DNA from: an uncultured Acidimicrobiia bacterium
Lineage (GTDB): Bacteria; Acidobacteriota; Terriglobia; Versatilivoradales; Versatilivoraceae
Assembly: GCA_963786955.1 (NCBI GenBank)
Contig: CAWBAT010000005.1
Coordinates: 736,001 to 800,000 of the forward strand
Direction of reading: 5' to 3'
DNA: 64,000 nt
In this document: positions 47,002 through 57,379 of the stretch, one piece after another
Numbering within the stretch: position 1 is the first letter of the stretch
Layout: each line of letters opens with the position of its first letter
Notes under the pieces: generated by a model
Told to the model about the DNA's origin: nothing
Databases searched by the model: none
What the model saw: only the letters and a program-made list of their open reading frames with translations
Made by a program: the position numbers and the translations under genes

Positions 47002-48225
47002 TCAAGCTCCGAATTTGTCAAACAACCCGGCATTGGCCATCATGTAACGAATGAGGTTTTTGCTCTTGAAGACGCCTAGAGAGCCTCGATTTGCATTGGT
47101 TTCCGTAAAGCGTTCCAATTTGTCACTGCCGCTTACAGAACCCGCGATCATCACGGGTTGTGGGTGCCAGCTGTGGGACTTCATCGGAACCGGAGTGGAA
47201 TGATCACCCGTAATGGCCAACACGGTTGGCCGCTTCTGTAACAGGATGGGCAGGGCCTTGTCCACCTCTTCAATAACGGCAACTTTCTGATCAAATCGTC
47301 CGTCTTCCCCTGCCATGTCGGTTCCCTTCACATGAATGAAGAAATAATCGAAGTTGTCGTACTCCGCCAGGTATTTTTCAAACTCCTCCTGAACGGTACC
47401 GGTCCCTTCCAGTTTTTTCATTCCGATGAGCTGCGCCAGTCCCTTGTACATGGGATACACCGCAATGGCGCCGGCCTTGAGGCCAAAGCGTTCTTGAAAC
47501 GAAGGGATCTTCGGCGAATGAGCAATACCGCGGAGGAGAAATCCATTGGCCGGATGTTCTTGGGCAATCAGAGGCAGAGCTTTAGCGTAAAAGTCATTGA
47601 CTATATCTGCTGCTTCCTTTGCCTTGGCTGATTTCACGGCAGCTTGTACTTTCTTAATTGGTTCGCCTTCACGATGCGGGTCAGAATCCGTCAGTGGTCC
47701 TTCGAGACCTTTTCCCCGAAAAACGACGACGAAACGATGGGATTTCCCCGGCTTGATGATGATCTCGGCGCTACCAACCTTTTTCACTTTCCTCAGTTTT
47801 TCGCAGAGTTTCTCATTGACCTCTGTGGGAATCCGACCGGCACGTCGATCGGTCACAATACCCTTTGGGTCAAGAGTACAGAAATTCGCCCGCGCTGCCA
47901 CATCTCCGGTTTTCAAATCGATGCCAAGCCCAAGAGCCTCGATGACGCCACGGCCGACTTCATACTCGAGCGGATCATAGCCAAACAACCCCAGGTGCCC
48001 GGGGCCGCTTCCGGGAGTGATTCCAGGAGCCACGGGAATCATGCGCCCCATGGCGGCAGCCTTGGCAAGCTGATCCAATTGTGGAGTTCGGGCCGCCTCA
48101 AGCGGAGTCAAGTAGTTCGTACCCGGGGTAGCAATGTCTCCCACCCCATCCAGAACTAATAAGACCAACTTGGTGTGGGGTGGATTGGGAACCCGCAATG
48201 ATTGATAGACATTTTCAATATTCAT
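47002..48225 (-). CDS. apgM: 2,3-bisphosphoglycerate-independent phosphoglycerate mutase (ApgM type)
   Basis: VLDGVGD, TPLEAA.TP, PGSGPGHL, DRRAGRI, HVKGTD.AGEDG, TGDHSTP. Confidence 0.93.
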   Translation of the reverse strand: MNIENVYQSLRVPNPPHTKLVLLVLDGVGDIATPGTNYLTPLEAARTPQLDQLAKAAAMGRMIPVAPGITPGSGPGHLGLFGYDPLEYEVGRGVIEALGLGIDLKTGDVAARANFCTLDPKGIVTDRRAGRIPTEVNEKLCEKLRKVKKVGSAEIIIKPGKSHRFVVVFRGKGLEGPLTDSDPHREGEPIKKVQAAVKSAKAKEAADIVNDFYAKALPLIAQEHPANGFLLRGIAHSPKIPSFQERFGLKAGAIAVYPMYKGLAQLIGMKKLEGTGTVQEEFEKYLAEYDNFDYFFIHVKGTDMAGEDGRFDQKVAVIEEVDKALPILLQKRPTVLAITGDHSTPVPMKSHSWHPQPVMIAGSVSGSDKLERFTETNANRGSLGVFKSKNLIRYMMANAGLFDKFGA

Positions 48226-48475
48226 AAGCCTCCTGATTGAAGAGAACCAATGATCATAACCTTACTAGTTTAATCTAACTCAAACGCTGAAACGCATAAA
48301 ATACACCGTCGATTGACCCGGGAGATTCTAGGTCGGCAGAAGAGCAGCTCTTCAGAATGTGTCAGCATGTTCCCATTCTTCGATTTGAATTCGCTGCCCC
48401 TCCGTGTAAAATGACCACGCTTTCATCAGAAGGTTTTGCTCGCCACGAAGGCCGCAAAAACATCAATGGGTCTCT

Positions 48476-51400
48476 ATGAAGAAACTACTTGCCGCTAATC
48501 GAAGTGAAATTGCCATCCGCATCATGCGGGCCTCCACCGAATTGGGGCTGAGAACGGTCGCCATCTTCTCGGAAGAAGACCGACTGGGACTGCATCGTTT
48601 CAAGGCAGATGAAGCCTACCTTGTCGGGAAAGGCAAAGGACCGATCCAAGCTTACCTGGATATCGATGGGATCGTGGCGATTGCATTGGAAACGCAGGTC
48701 GATGCCATCCACCCAGGCTATGGCTTTCTCTCTGAGAATCCCGCTTTTGCCAGGGCTTGTCAGAAAGCCGGAATCACGTTCATAGGGCCGGAGCCCGAGT
48801 TGCTCGAACTTCTCGGGGACAAAGTGGCGGCACGTCGCTTGGCAGAAAAGGCCGGAGTCCCGGTAGTCCCCGGAACGCTCCAAGCCGTACATGGGTTTGA
48901 GGCCGCTAAGAAGGCTGCCCGGTCGATCGGTTATCCGCTCATCATTAAGGCCGCTTTTGGAGGTGGTGGCCGAGGGATGCGCGTCGTCCGAACCGCAGGG
49001 GAGCTAGAGCCCCTGCTGGAAGAGGCCCGACGGGAAGCCGAAGGCGCTTTTGGCGACGGTTCCATTTTCCTCGAGCGCTTTGTTCAGCGGGCCAAACATA
49101 TTGAAGTCCAAATTTTAGCGGACCAGCATGGTCACGTGCAGCATCTATACGAACGGGATTGTTCGGTTCAGCGCCGGCATCAGAAAATAGTCGAAGTCGC
49201 TCCGGGAGTCGGTGTCTCTCCAAAATTGAGAAAGCAACTTTGCGAAGCAGCCGTGGCTCTGGCTAAGGAGGCTCGCTATTCTAACGCCGGGACGGTTGAA
49301 TTCCTGGTAGACACCGATTCAGAAGAATGGTTTTTCATCGAGGTGAACCCTCGCATCCAGGTAGAACACACCGTAACCGAAATGGTTACGGGGGTCGATT
49401 TGGTTCGCTCGCAAATCTTGATTGCACAAGGCCATCGTCTGCATGAGGCCCCCCTGTTTCTGCCGAAACAAAAGGATCTCCCCCTTCACGGTTTCGCCTT
49501 GCAGTGCCGAATCACGACAGAGGACCCTGAGAATAGTTTTTCTCCGGACTACGGGAAGATTACGACCTATCGTTCCCCCGCCGGATTTGGCATTCGCCTG
49601 GACGGTGGGACAGCCTACGGCGGAGCCATCCTGACCCCTTATTACGATTCCTTGCTCGTCAAAGTGACCGCCTGGGGAGTCAGCCTCGTCGAAGCCTGCC
49701 AACGTATGGACCGGGCTCTCCGTGAGTTTCGTATCCGTGGAGTCAAGACAAACATTCCCTTCCTGGAGAATGTGGTGCATAACGAAGTCTTCCAGGCAGG
49801 CCGCTCGACCACCACATTCCTCGACGAGACCCCAGATCTTTTTCGATTTATCCGGCGAAAGGATCGCGCAACCCGGCTGTTGAATTACTTGGGCGACGTG
49901 ATTATCAACGGCAATCCTGAGGTCATAGGGAAGAAGTGGCCTGAAGGATATGGAGCGGGGTCCAGTTCCGTGAACAGTGAGCCCATTCTCCTCCCTGAAT
50001 TGTCTTTTCCAAAGGGCCAGGCGCCCCCTCCGGGCACACGCCAACTTCTCCAGGAACTTGGCCCCAAGGGATTTGCCGTGTGGGTTCGAAAACAACGGCG
50101 ATTATTGGTCACCGATACCACGTTTCGTGATGCGCACCAGTCGTTGCTGGCAACCCGCGTCCGATCCCTGGATATGCTTCGCGTGGCCGAAGCCGTGGCA
50201 CATCAACTCCCCAATCTTTTCAGTCTGGAAATGTGGGGCGGAGCCACTTTTGATACCAGCATGCGTTTCCTGTTGGAAGATCCCTGGCAACGATTGCAAC
50301 AGTTGCGAGAACTGATTCCCAATATTTGTTTTCAAATGCTCCTTCGGGGATCCAACGCCGTGGGTTACACGAGTTACCCGGACAATGTAGTCGCCGAATT
50401 TGTCCGGGAATCAGCCCGCCAAGGAATCGATATTTTCAGGATTTTTGATTCCTTAAACTCTGTTGAGAATATGAGGGTTGCGATTGATGCAGTGCTCGAA
50501 ACCAAGGCAATTTGTGAGCCGGCGATCTGTTACACGGGAGACCTCCTCGATCCCAACCGGCCAAAATACTCGTTGAAGTATTACGTCAAAATGGCCAAGC
50601 AGTTGGAGAGGTGGGGGGCTCACATTCTCGGAATCAAAGATATGGCCGGTTTGTGCAAGCCCTATGCGGCTTTCCAACTCGTGAAAGCATTGCGGGAGGA
50701 AATTGAGATTCCCATTCACTTCCATACCCACGATACCAGTGGCGTCAATGCGGCCTCTATTCTCAAGGCTTCTGAAGCGGGCGTCGACATTGCCGATGCG
50801 GCCATTTCGTCAATGAGTGGACAAACCAGTCAGCCCAATCTGAATTCTCTCATTGAGGCCTTAAGACATACTCCGCGAGACACCGGTTTAAATATTGAAA
50901 CCCTCAACGAATGTTCCGACTATTGGGAAAAGGTCCGGACCTATTATCTTCCTTTCGATGGTGGGCCGAAATCCGGCGATGCAAGAGTTTACTTGCATGA
51001 GATCCCCGGCGGCCAGTACACGAATTTTCTTGAGCAGGCAGCAGCGATGGGACTCGGACACCGCTGGGCCGAGGTTGAACAAACTTATGCAGAAGTCAAT
51101 CTGCTGTTCGGAGATATCGTGAAGGTCACCCCTTCCAGTAAGGTTGTAGGGGATATGACGATGTTTCTACTGACTAAGGGAATGCGTGCAGCCGATATCT
51201 TGAACCTGGATCTTCATCACGACTTATCCATTCCTAATTCAGTCATTGACATGTTTTCCGGTTCCTTAGGAACACCGCCCGGGGGCTGGCCACGCCAATT
51301 GCAGAAGATCATCCTAAGAGGCGCTGAACCCAAGAAGGGTCGGCCAGGAGCAGATTTGCCTGATGTTGATTTCGAGGAAACCCAGGTTGTCCTGGAAAGA

Positions 51401-51955
51401 AAAGTGGGGCGTTCAGTCCGGCATGACGAAATCTTGAGCTACTTAATGTATCCTGAAGTCTTTCTCAAATACGCCAAGCAGCGGCATAGCTTTGGAGACG
51501 TGAGCGTCCTGCCCACCCCCCAGTTTTTTTATGGGATGCGCTCTGGAGAGGAAATCACTGTGAATTTGGAGCCAGGGAAGACCTTGGTCATTAAATTTCT
51601 CACGGTAGGAGAGCCTCATCCCGACGGAAACAGGACGGTTTTCTTCGAACTGAACGGTCAGCCCAGAGAGGTGGTTATCCGCGATAAAACGCTTCGGGCT
51701 GCCGCTCCCGCTCATCCCAAAATCAATCCTGCCGAGCCCGGTCATGTTGGCTCCCCTTCCCCGGGAATCATCACGAGTGTCTTCGTCCAGCTCACTCAGA
51801 AGGTCAAACGGGGAGATAAGTGTCTAGCTTTGGAAGCAATGAAGATGCAAAGCACGATTTATGCTCCCATCTCCGGTCGCATCAGCCATCTCCTTGTCGA
51901 GTCCGGGCAAAGAGTGGATGTCAAAGATTTGTTGCTCGTGATCGAAAGCGAATAG
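48476..51955 (+). CDS. pyc: Pyruvate carboxylase
   Basis: ANRSEIAIR BC domain, DTTFRDAHQSLLATR CT domain, EAMKM biotin carrier. Confidence 0.98.
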   Translation: MKKLLAANRSEIAIRIMRASTELGLRTVAIFSEEDRLGLHRFKADEAYLVGKGKGPIQAYLDIDGIVAIALETQVDAIHPGYGFLSENPAFARACQKAGITFIGPEPELLELLGDKVAARRLAEKAGVPVVPGTLQAVHGFEAAKKAARSIGYPLIIKAAFGGGGRGMRVVRTAGELEPLLEEARREAEGAFGDGSIFLERFVQRAKHIEVQILADQHGHVQHLYERDCSVQRRHQKIVEVAPGVGVSPKLRKQLCEAAVALAKEARYSNAGTVEFLVDTDSEEWFFIEVNPRIQVEHTVTEMVTGVDLVRSQILIAQGHRLHEAPLFLPKQKDLPLHGFALQCRITTEDPENSFSPDYGKITTYRSPAGFGIRLDGGTAYGGAILTPYYDSLLVKVTAWGVSLVEACQRMDRALREFRIRGVKTNIPFLENVVHNEVFQAGRSTTTFLDETPDLFRFIRRKDRATRLLNYLGDVIINGNPEVIGKKWPEGYGAGSSSVNSEPILLPELSFPKGQAPPPGTRQLLQELGPKGFAVWVRKQRRLLVTDTTFRDAHQSLLATRVRSLDMLRVAEAVAHQLPNLFSLEMWGGATFDTSMRFLLEDPWQRLQQLRELIPNICFQMLLRGSNAVGYTSYPDNVVAEFVRESARQGIDIFRIFDSLNSVENMRVAIDAVLETKAICEPAICYTGDLLDPNRPKYSLKYYVKMAKQLERWGAHILGIKDMAGLCKPYAAFQLVKALREEIEIPIHFHTHDTSGVNAASILKASEAGVDIADAAISSMSGQTSQPNLNSLIEALRHTPRDTGLNIETLNECSDYWEKVRTYYLPFDGGPKSGDARVYLHEIPGGQYTNFLEQAAAMGLGHRWAEVEQTYAEVNLLFGDIVKVTPSSKVVGDMTMFLLTKGMRAADILNLDLHHDLSIPNSVIDMFSGSLGTPPGGWPRQLQKIILRGAEPKKGRPGADLPDVDFEETQVVLERKVGRSVRHDEILSYLMYPEVFLKYAKQRHSFGDVSVLPTPQFFYGMRSGEEITVNLEPGKTLVIKFLTVGEPHPDGNRTVFFELNGQPREVVIRDKTLRAAAPAHPKINPAEPGHVGSPSPGIITSVFVQLTQKVKRGDKCLALEAMKMQSTIYAPISGRISHLLVESGQRVDVKDLLLVIESE

Positions 51956-52027
51956 TTCACCGCAACGCGCTTGATTTTTTTGAGTTGGTCCCCCCCTACT
52001 CCCCTTCCCTTAGCCCCCTGTTGAAAG

Positions 52028-52163
52028 AAACGCCAGGAACGCAAAGACCGCCAAGAATCAATGCATTAGAGCCAACACCTTGCTGAGATTGTTTTTGGAT
52101 GAATAGGATTGAATTGCGTTGGAGATGAGTTTCAGTTGCTTTCCTTGGCGTCCTTGGCGGTTT
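52028..52163. repeat. 9-bp CGCCAAG inverted-array element, copy D (inverted homologue of C)
   Basis: AAACGCCAGG AACGCAAAG ACCGCCAAG ... CTTGGCGTC CTTGGCGGTTT. Confidence 0.85.
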
Positions 52164-52227
52164 ATATTTTTGTTGGGCCGAACAAATGGAAGAAATGCAA
52201 AGGCCGTCATGTCCTCCGAGAAAACAC

Positions 52228-52268
52228 TTGACTTTTGATTCATATTTCGACTATAGTCGAAATATGAA
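52228..52268 (+). promoter_or_regulatory. arsR promoter with ArsR operator
   Basis: TTGACT-N18-TATAGT, overlapped by the perfect 30-bp palindrome TTCATATTTCGACTATAGTCGAAATATGAA (52239-52268). Confidence 0.8.
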
Positions 52269-52605
52269 GACGAAGGATCGACGCACCAATTACTACGCAG
52301 AGCTTTTTAAGGCCCTCGGTTCCGCCCCCCGATTACAGATCGTTCGACTGTTGGTGACCTACGGGGAAATGGGATGTTGTGTCGGTGATATTCAAAAGGA
52401 GATCGGGGGAGCCAATTCGACTCTCTCTCATCACCTGCAGACACTTCAACAACAAGGATTGATTCATTCTCGCAAGGAGGCCCAGTGGATTTATTACTCG
52501 TTGAATTTTGCAACTGTGAATGAGCTGCTTCATTTTCTGATGGAAGATTGCTGTGGCCGGAGTCGTCCGTTAGTCACGATTCAGAACGGACAATTTGACT
52601 CATAA
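52264..52605 (+). CDS. arsR: ArsR/SmtB repressor
   Basis: FKALGSAPRLQI, STLSHHL..L, C-terminal EDCC. Confidence 0.9.
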   Translation: MKTKDRRTNYYAELFKALGSAPRLQIVRLLVTYGEMGCCVGDIQKEIGGANSTLSHHLQTLQQQGLIHSRKEAQWIYYSLNFATVNELLHFLMEDCCGRSRPLVTIQNGQFDS

Positions 52606-52646
52606 TTTTTTTCATTATTATTTCTACTATTATAGAAATAAAGGAG

Positions 52647-53627
52647 ATGACTATGCCAGGAAAAAACAGGACAAACGTTCAGTTAGAAAGCCAGGGCGAG
52701 ATTGGGCAGGCAGGCGGAAATCTTGGGCCTTCCGACATCAAAACCATGGTTCAAGAAAGATATGGCGAGGCAGCATTACGAGTCCGTTCCAAGAAAAGCG
52801 GTTGCTGTGGAACGTCTTCCAACTTAAGCCAGAAGGACCCCATCACATCGGATCTTTACGAGAGCCAGCAGGTCGGCGAAATACCCGAAGAGGCGTTGCA
52901 GGCCTCATTAGGATGTGGAAACCCGACGGCCTTGGCCAGTCTGCGTCCCGGAGAAACCGTATTGGATCTGGGATCCGGTGGAGGGATCGATGTTTTGCTT
53001 TCGGCCAGACGGGTGGGGCCTACAGGCAAAGCCTTTGGCTTGGATATGACCGATCCGATGCTCGAACTGGCACGGGAGAATCAACGCAAGTCGGGTCTCA
53101 CAAACGTCGAATTCTTGAAGGGGGACATTGAGAATATTCCCCTTCCCGATCATTCGGTGGATGTCATCATTTCCAACTGCGTGATTAATCTGGCCGCTGA
53201 CAAAAATCGAGTGCTGCAGGAAGCGTTTCGGGTCCTGAGACCAGGGGGTCGGCTGGCCGTGTCGGATGTCGTGGTCAGAGGTGAAGTGCCACAAGAGATT
53301 CGCCGAAACATGGAGCTCTGGATTGGTTGCGTGGCCGGCGCGCTTCAGGAGTCAGAATATCTGGAGAAACTCGCCCAGGCAGGGTTTGAGGATATTCAAG
53401 TACAGCCAACTCGCATCTACCAAGGGGAAGATGCACGGGATTTTCTGACCGATTCCGGCCTGGATCCGGAAACTCTGGCTCCGGCGGTCGACGGGAAATT
53501 CATGAGTGCATTTATCCGAGCGAAAAAAGCCATTAATGTCATGAACCACGACGGTGGGAACGAAGGGCGGGCAGCGACATTATTGGTTATCGGTTATCGT
53601 CTATTTGTTATTGGTTATGTGTTGTAG
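52647..53627 (+). CDS. arsM: Arsenite S-adenosylmethionine methyltransferase
   Basis: [46 protein letters not shown]. Confidence 0.93.
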   Translation: MTMPGKNRTNVQLESQGEIGQAGGNLGPSDIKTMVQERYGEAALRVRSKKSGCCGTSSNLSQKDPITSDLYESQQVGEIPEEALQASLGCGNPTALASLRPGETVLDLGSGGGIDVLLSARRVGPTGKAFGLDMTDPMLELARENQRKSGLTNVEFLKGDIENIPLPDHSVDVIISNCVINLAADKNRVLQEAFRVLRPGGRLAVSDVVVRGEVPQEIRRNMELWIGCVAGALQESEYLEKLAQAGFEDIQVQPTRIYQGEDARDFLTDSGLDPETLAPAVDGKFMSAFIRAKKAINVMNHDGGNEGRAATLLVIGYRLFVIGYVL

Positions 53628-53722
53628 TCTTCGTTTCCCAGTGGTCATTTTTCATTTCTCAATTCGCCGTCATAAGTCAACGAAAAATGAAAATAGTAGA
53701 GAACCGATAGCGAATAACAAAT
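53580..53722. repeat. Inverted heptamer tandem-repeat element
   Basis: TTATTGG TTATCGG TTATCGT CTATTTG TTATTGG ... AACCGAT AGCGAAT AACAAAT, with a nested TCATTTT/AAAATGA pair. Confidence 0.65.
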
Positions 53723-53756
53723 TCCACTTTTTTTATTCTCCGGTGGCTTTCCCCAA

Positions 53757-55353
53757 TCAATTGACTCGTTTCTCGCGTCCTTCCCAGAAAGGGCTGACGT
53801 AATTCCCGCTTCAGATATTTTTCCGGTCCCTCCTTTGGGTAACGAATCTCTGAAATGCACGGCTTTGGGGCACTTGAAATGAGCGAGTCCGGGTACGCGT
53901 GAAATCAATGATCTCTTGCTCGTTCAACTGGGTCCCAATTTTGGCACGACAATGGCAATTGGCAGCTCTCCCCAGCGGTCGTCCGGGATCCCAATGATCG
54001 CGCACTCCAGAACGGCTGGATGACTATAGAGGACGTTTTCAACTTCCGCCGAGGAAATATTTTCCCCACCGGAGATGATAATGTCCTTACTGCGATCTAC
54101 AATTCGCAGAGATCCTTCATTATCAACCGTTGCCAGGTCTCCGGTGTAAAACCAGTCGTCGCGAATGGCGTCCCGAGTGGCTTGCGGGTCTTTGAAATAT
54201 TCATTCATCACGACGTTGCTGCGGACAATCACTTCTCCAATCTCTTCATCATTAGGGGCTACTTCCTGACCTTCGGAATTGACCACGCGAATCTCGGCAA
54301 CGATCATTTCCCTCCCAGCCTTGTTTGGACATTCAATCTTCGAAGCGGATCCCACGTTTTCATCGGTGTCAGTTGGCAGTGCCAGGGAAATCACCGGAGA
54401 CGTTTCGGTAAGGCCATAGCCGGCGATGGCCAGACATTTGAACTTTTCTTCAATGCCTTGGATCAAGGTCAATGAAGCGGGAGCGCCTCCAATGATGGCC
54501 ATTTGAAGGCTACTCAGATCATAGTGGACCCGTTCCATGGCATGAATCAAAGCGGTAAAAACGGTGGGGACGGCGAAGATTCGACTGACCTTTTCATCTT
54601 GAACGAGTCGGAATATCTCTTGAGGGAGTGATTTTCCGAGTCATGACATGCTTGCCGCCTACTGCGGTCAGGAAGTGAGGTGAGCCCCATCCGTTGACGT
54701 GAAATAAAGGGACAACATGCAGAAGGACATCACGGTCGGAGAAATGCAGACAGGTCAAGAATCCCAAGGGCATGGAGATAGAGCGCCCGATGACTCAGCA
54801 CCACTCCTTTGGGGCGGCCCGTTGTCCCTGAAGTATAGAAAAGTTCAGCAGGAGCATTTTCGTCAGTTGACCGGTTCAAAAATGTATTTTCGCCCGCTGC
54901 GGCAAGCAAAGCCTCATACTCTTGACAATTTCCGGGAAGCGTTGAATTGGTATCAATCTCGACGAAATACTTCACTGTATTCAGGCGCGGTTGCAACTTT
55001 TGGATCAAGAGACGAAAGTCGGAGTGGTAAAAAACAATTTGCGACTCGGAATGGTTGAGGATGAATCCAATTTCTTCGCCTGCTAGGCGGACATTAATCG
55101 GATTGAGGATGGCTCCGAGCTTGAATGATCCCATAGTAAGCTTCCAACAGGTGATGGGTATTATTTGAGACAAATGAAACGACATCTGCTTTCCTGAATA
55201 CCCATGAGAATGCAGTCCCATGGCAAGCCTGTTGACACGATCCCCAAATTCCGAATAGGTAAATCGCTTCGAGCCATCAACAACTCCTATCTTTTGAGGG
55301 TAGAGATGGATTGCACGGCGGCGGAATTCCAATGGGGTCAGAGGAACAACCAT
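53757..55353 (-). CDS. Long-chain fatty-acid/acyl-CoA ligase, frameshifted
   Basis: YTSGTTGRPKGV, PLFHVNGWG, GYGLTE, TGDLA, DRSKDIIISGGENISS, LPKGGTGK. Confidence 0.9.
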
Positions 55354-55766
55354 TGATTTCGTTTACTCCTCAACGTATTTTTCGTTCATAGATTGAGCAA
55401 TTTAAAGGGAGAGCGAGACTTCCGGCCAATCTATCAAACGGAAGGCTGATTTCTAGAGAAGGATGTCCCATAATTCCTGATTTCCATCCCATGGGCATTC
55501 TTGCGGGCAGGATTTTGACCGGAATCGATTGCAAATTCCAGCCCGGATTGTTAGATTTTAAGCGTAGTTGAGGAGTCCATCCAAAATCAACAATATATTG
55601 AAGATTGCAAGACATCTTACCGAACCCCTCATTCGGCTGAGCATGACGGACTCCTCTCCCGCACGAATAGAGGGGTGCCGAAGGCGGGGGGGGGAGAAGC
55701 ATAAAACAGAGTCACCTTTGAAGCAGTCAACTCTGATTTGTAAACATCGAAAATGAGGAGATCTTC

Positions 55767-56658
55767 ATGAGACCAATCTCTAGGCGACAGTTTGCTACCC
55801 AACTCACTATGGCCACAGGGAGCATGGCATTGCCCCTTCATCTGGCATGGGCACAGAAGGCACCGAGTTCGATGGTCGATGGTGTCCAACTGGGTGTCCA
55901 AAGTTATAGCTTTCGCGATCGGGACTTTGAACAAGCCATCAAAGCGATTGTAGAAGTGGGCATTAACAGTTGTGAACTCTGGAGCGGGCATTTGGAACCG
56001 CAGGGACTCGGGCCTGACAAGCTCCGCCGCTGGCGATTGGAAACTCCGTTGTCCTACTTTGAGAATGCCGGGCAGAAACTTCGAAACGCAGGGATTCAGT
56101 TGAACGCTTATAACTACAGCTTTAGAAAAGAAATGTCGGAGCGAAGAACTCCAACGTGGATTTCAGATGACCCAGCGCGCTAGGAGCCCCATCCATTACT
56201 GCCTCATCCAACCCGAGTATGGCCAAGCGGATAGACGAGTATGCCTCAGAAATTCAAAATGCGAGTCGGCATGCACAACCACGCTCAGGGAGGAAAAGGA
56301 GATGAATACGATGGGCCAAAGGACTTTGCGGCTGCCATGACTGGAAGCTCACTCTACATTTGCATCAATCTCGATATCGGGCATTTTGTGGCCGCCGGAT
56401 TTGATCCCGTGGATTTTATTGATCAGCACCACGCCCGAATCGTGACGCTGCACATCAAGGATCGCAAGAAGAATCTTGGCGTGAGACTCCCCGACTTTAA
56501 AATTCGGTACCGGCGACACGCCCATCCGGGAAGTCCTTTTACTCCTCAAGAAGAAGCAATACAAGATTCCTGCCAACATCGAGCACGAGATCGATGGTCA
56601 ACCTTCTCTCGAAGGAGTGAGAGAATCGCTCGATTACTGCAAGAAAGCACTCGCTTAA
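55767..56658 (+). CDS. Tat-exported sugar-phosphate isomerase/epimerase (TIM barrel), frameshifted
   Basis: SRRQF, GVQSYSFRD, VGMHNH, NLDIGHF, LHIKD, PANIE. Confidence 0.85.
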
Positions 56659-56727
56659 GAGTGGCGAACAGGCCATTGAATATGTCGGCTATTGCACTCC
56701 CCTTTAGCCTTCACTCGTAAAGATTTG

Positions 56728-56901
56728 AACCGCCAAGAAAAGCTAAAAAGGCTGAAGCTGTCACTTACGACTTCGGCTCCAGCTCACTTCTTTCAGGCCA
56801 ATTTGAGATCCGACTTATCCAAACAAAAGGGTTTCAGTAAGGTCCTTGCCTTCAGTCTTTCTTTCTTGGCACACTTTGCGTCCTTGGCGTTCTTAGCGAT
56901 T
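56728..56901. repeat. 9-bp CGCCAAG inverted-array element, copy E
   Basis: AACCGCCAAG... and right arm CTTGGCACA CTTTGCGTC CTTGGCGTT CTTAGCGATT. Confidence 0.8.
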
Positions 56902-56931
56902 CCTTCATTTGTTTGGCCCAATAAAGACTAG

Positions 56932-57218
56932 AACCGCCAAGAGCGCCAAGAAAAGGGTCGAAAACCTGGACCCCCTGGCCCATTAGTCCTATTGGTCGAA
57001 TGGCCCTTCCCGATGATTTCTGAGAACTCGCTGGATGCCGTCGCGCACGGGGTGCGCGCCTTACTACAGCGACCACCGCTTCCCCCTCCTTAGCTAAGGA
57101 GGGGAACCAAAATTGAGTTCGTTCACAACTTCCTCCACTGGAGGGGAATTGAGGTAGGTCCGCTTCTTCATTCGCCCCAAGAATTCCGGCTTGGGGGAAC
57201 TTTGCGTCCTTGGCGTTT
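56932..57218. mobile_element. 9-bp CGCCAAG inverted-array element, copy F, with GxxExxY 3' remnant
   Basis: Arms AACCGCCAAG AGCGCCAAG / CTTTGCGTC CTTGGCGTTT; minus strand 57045-56989 reads RDGIQRVLRNHREGPFDQ*. Confidence 0.8.
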
Positions 57219-57379
57219 CGATCTTTTGAGATACTTGGGAACAACAATGATTCAATCTTGAGTGGATGTTCATAAGCAAACGTCACATGCTAGGCATTTC
57301 ACGCATTTCGCCGTTTCATGAACAGTGAGAACGGCTTCCCCGCAAGATTTGACAATAGGTTGGGAGAGCATCTTTCCGT

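Noticed and set aside
49319-50095. Long antisense ORFs within pyc and other genes
   Set aside because: Shadow frames of well-supported genes with no motifs.
46731-57286. ORFs 46731-46931, 52058-52243, 56692-56931 and 56852-57286 as proteins
   Set aside because: They are translations of the repeat elements (NAK or LAFLA periodicity).
57294-57320. Second 9-bp periodic array (GCATTTCAC GCATTTCGC CGTTTCATG)
   Set aside because: Degenerate and without a clear inverted partner; too weak to call.
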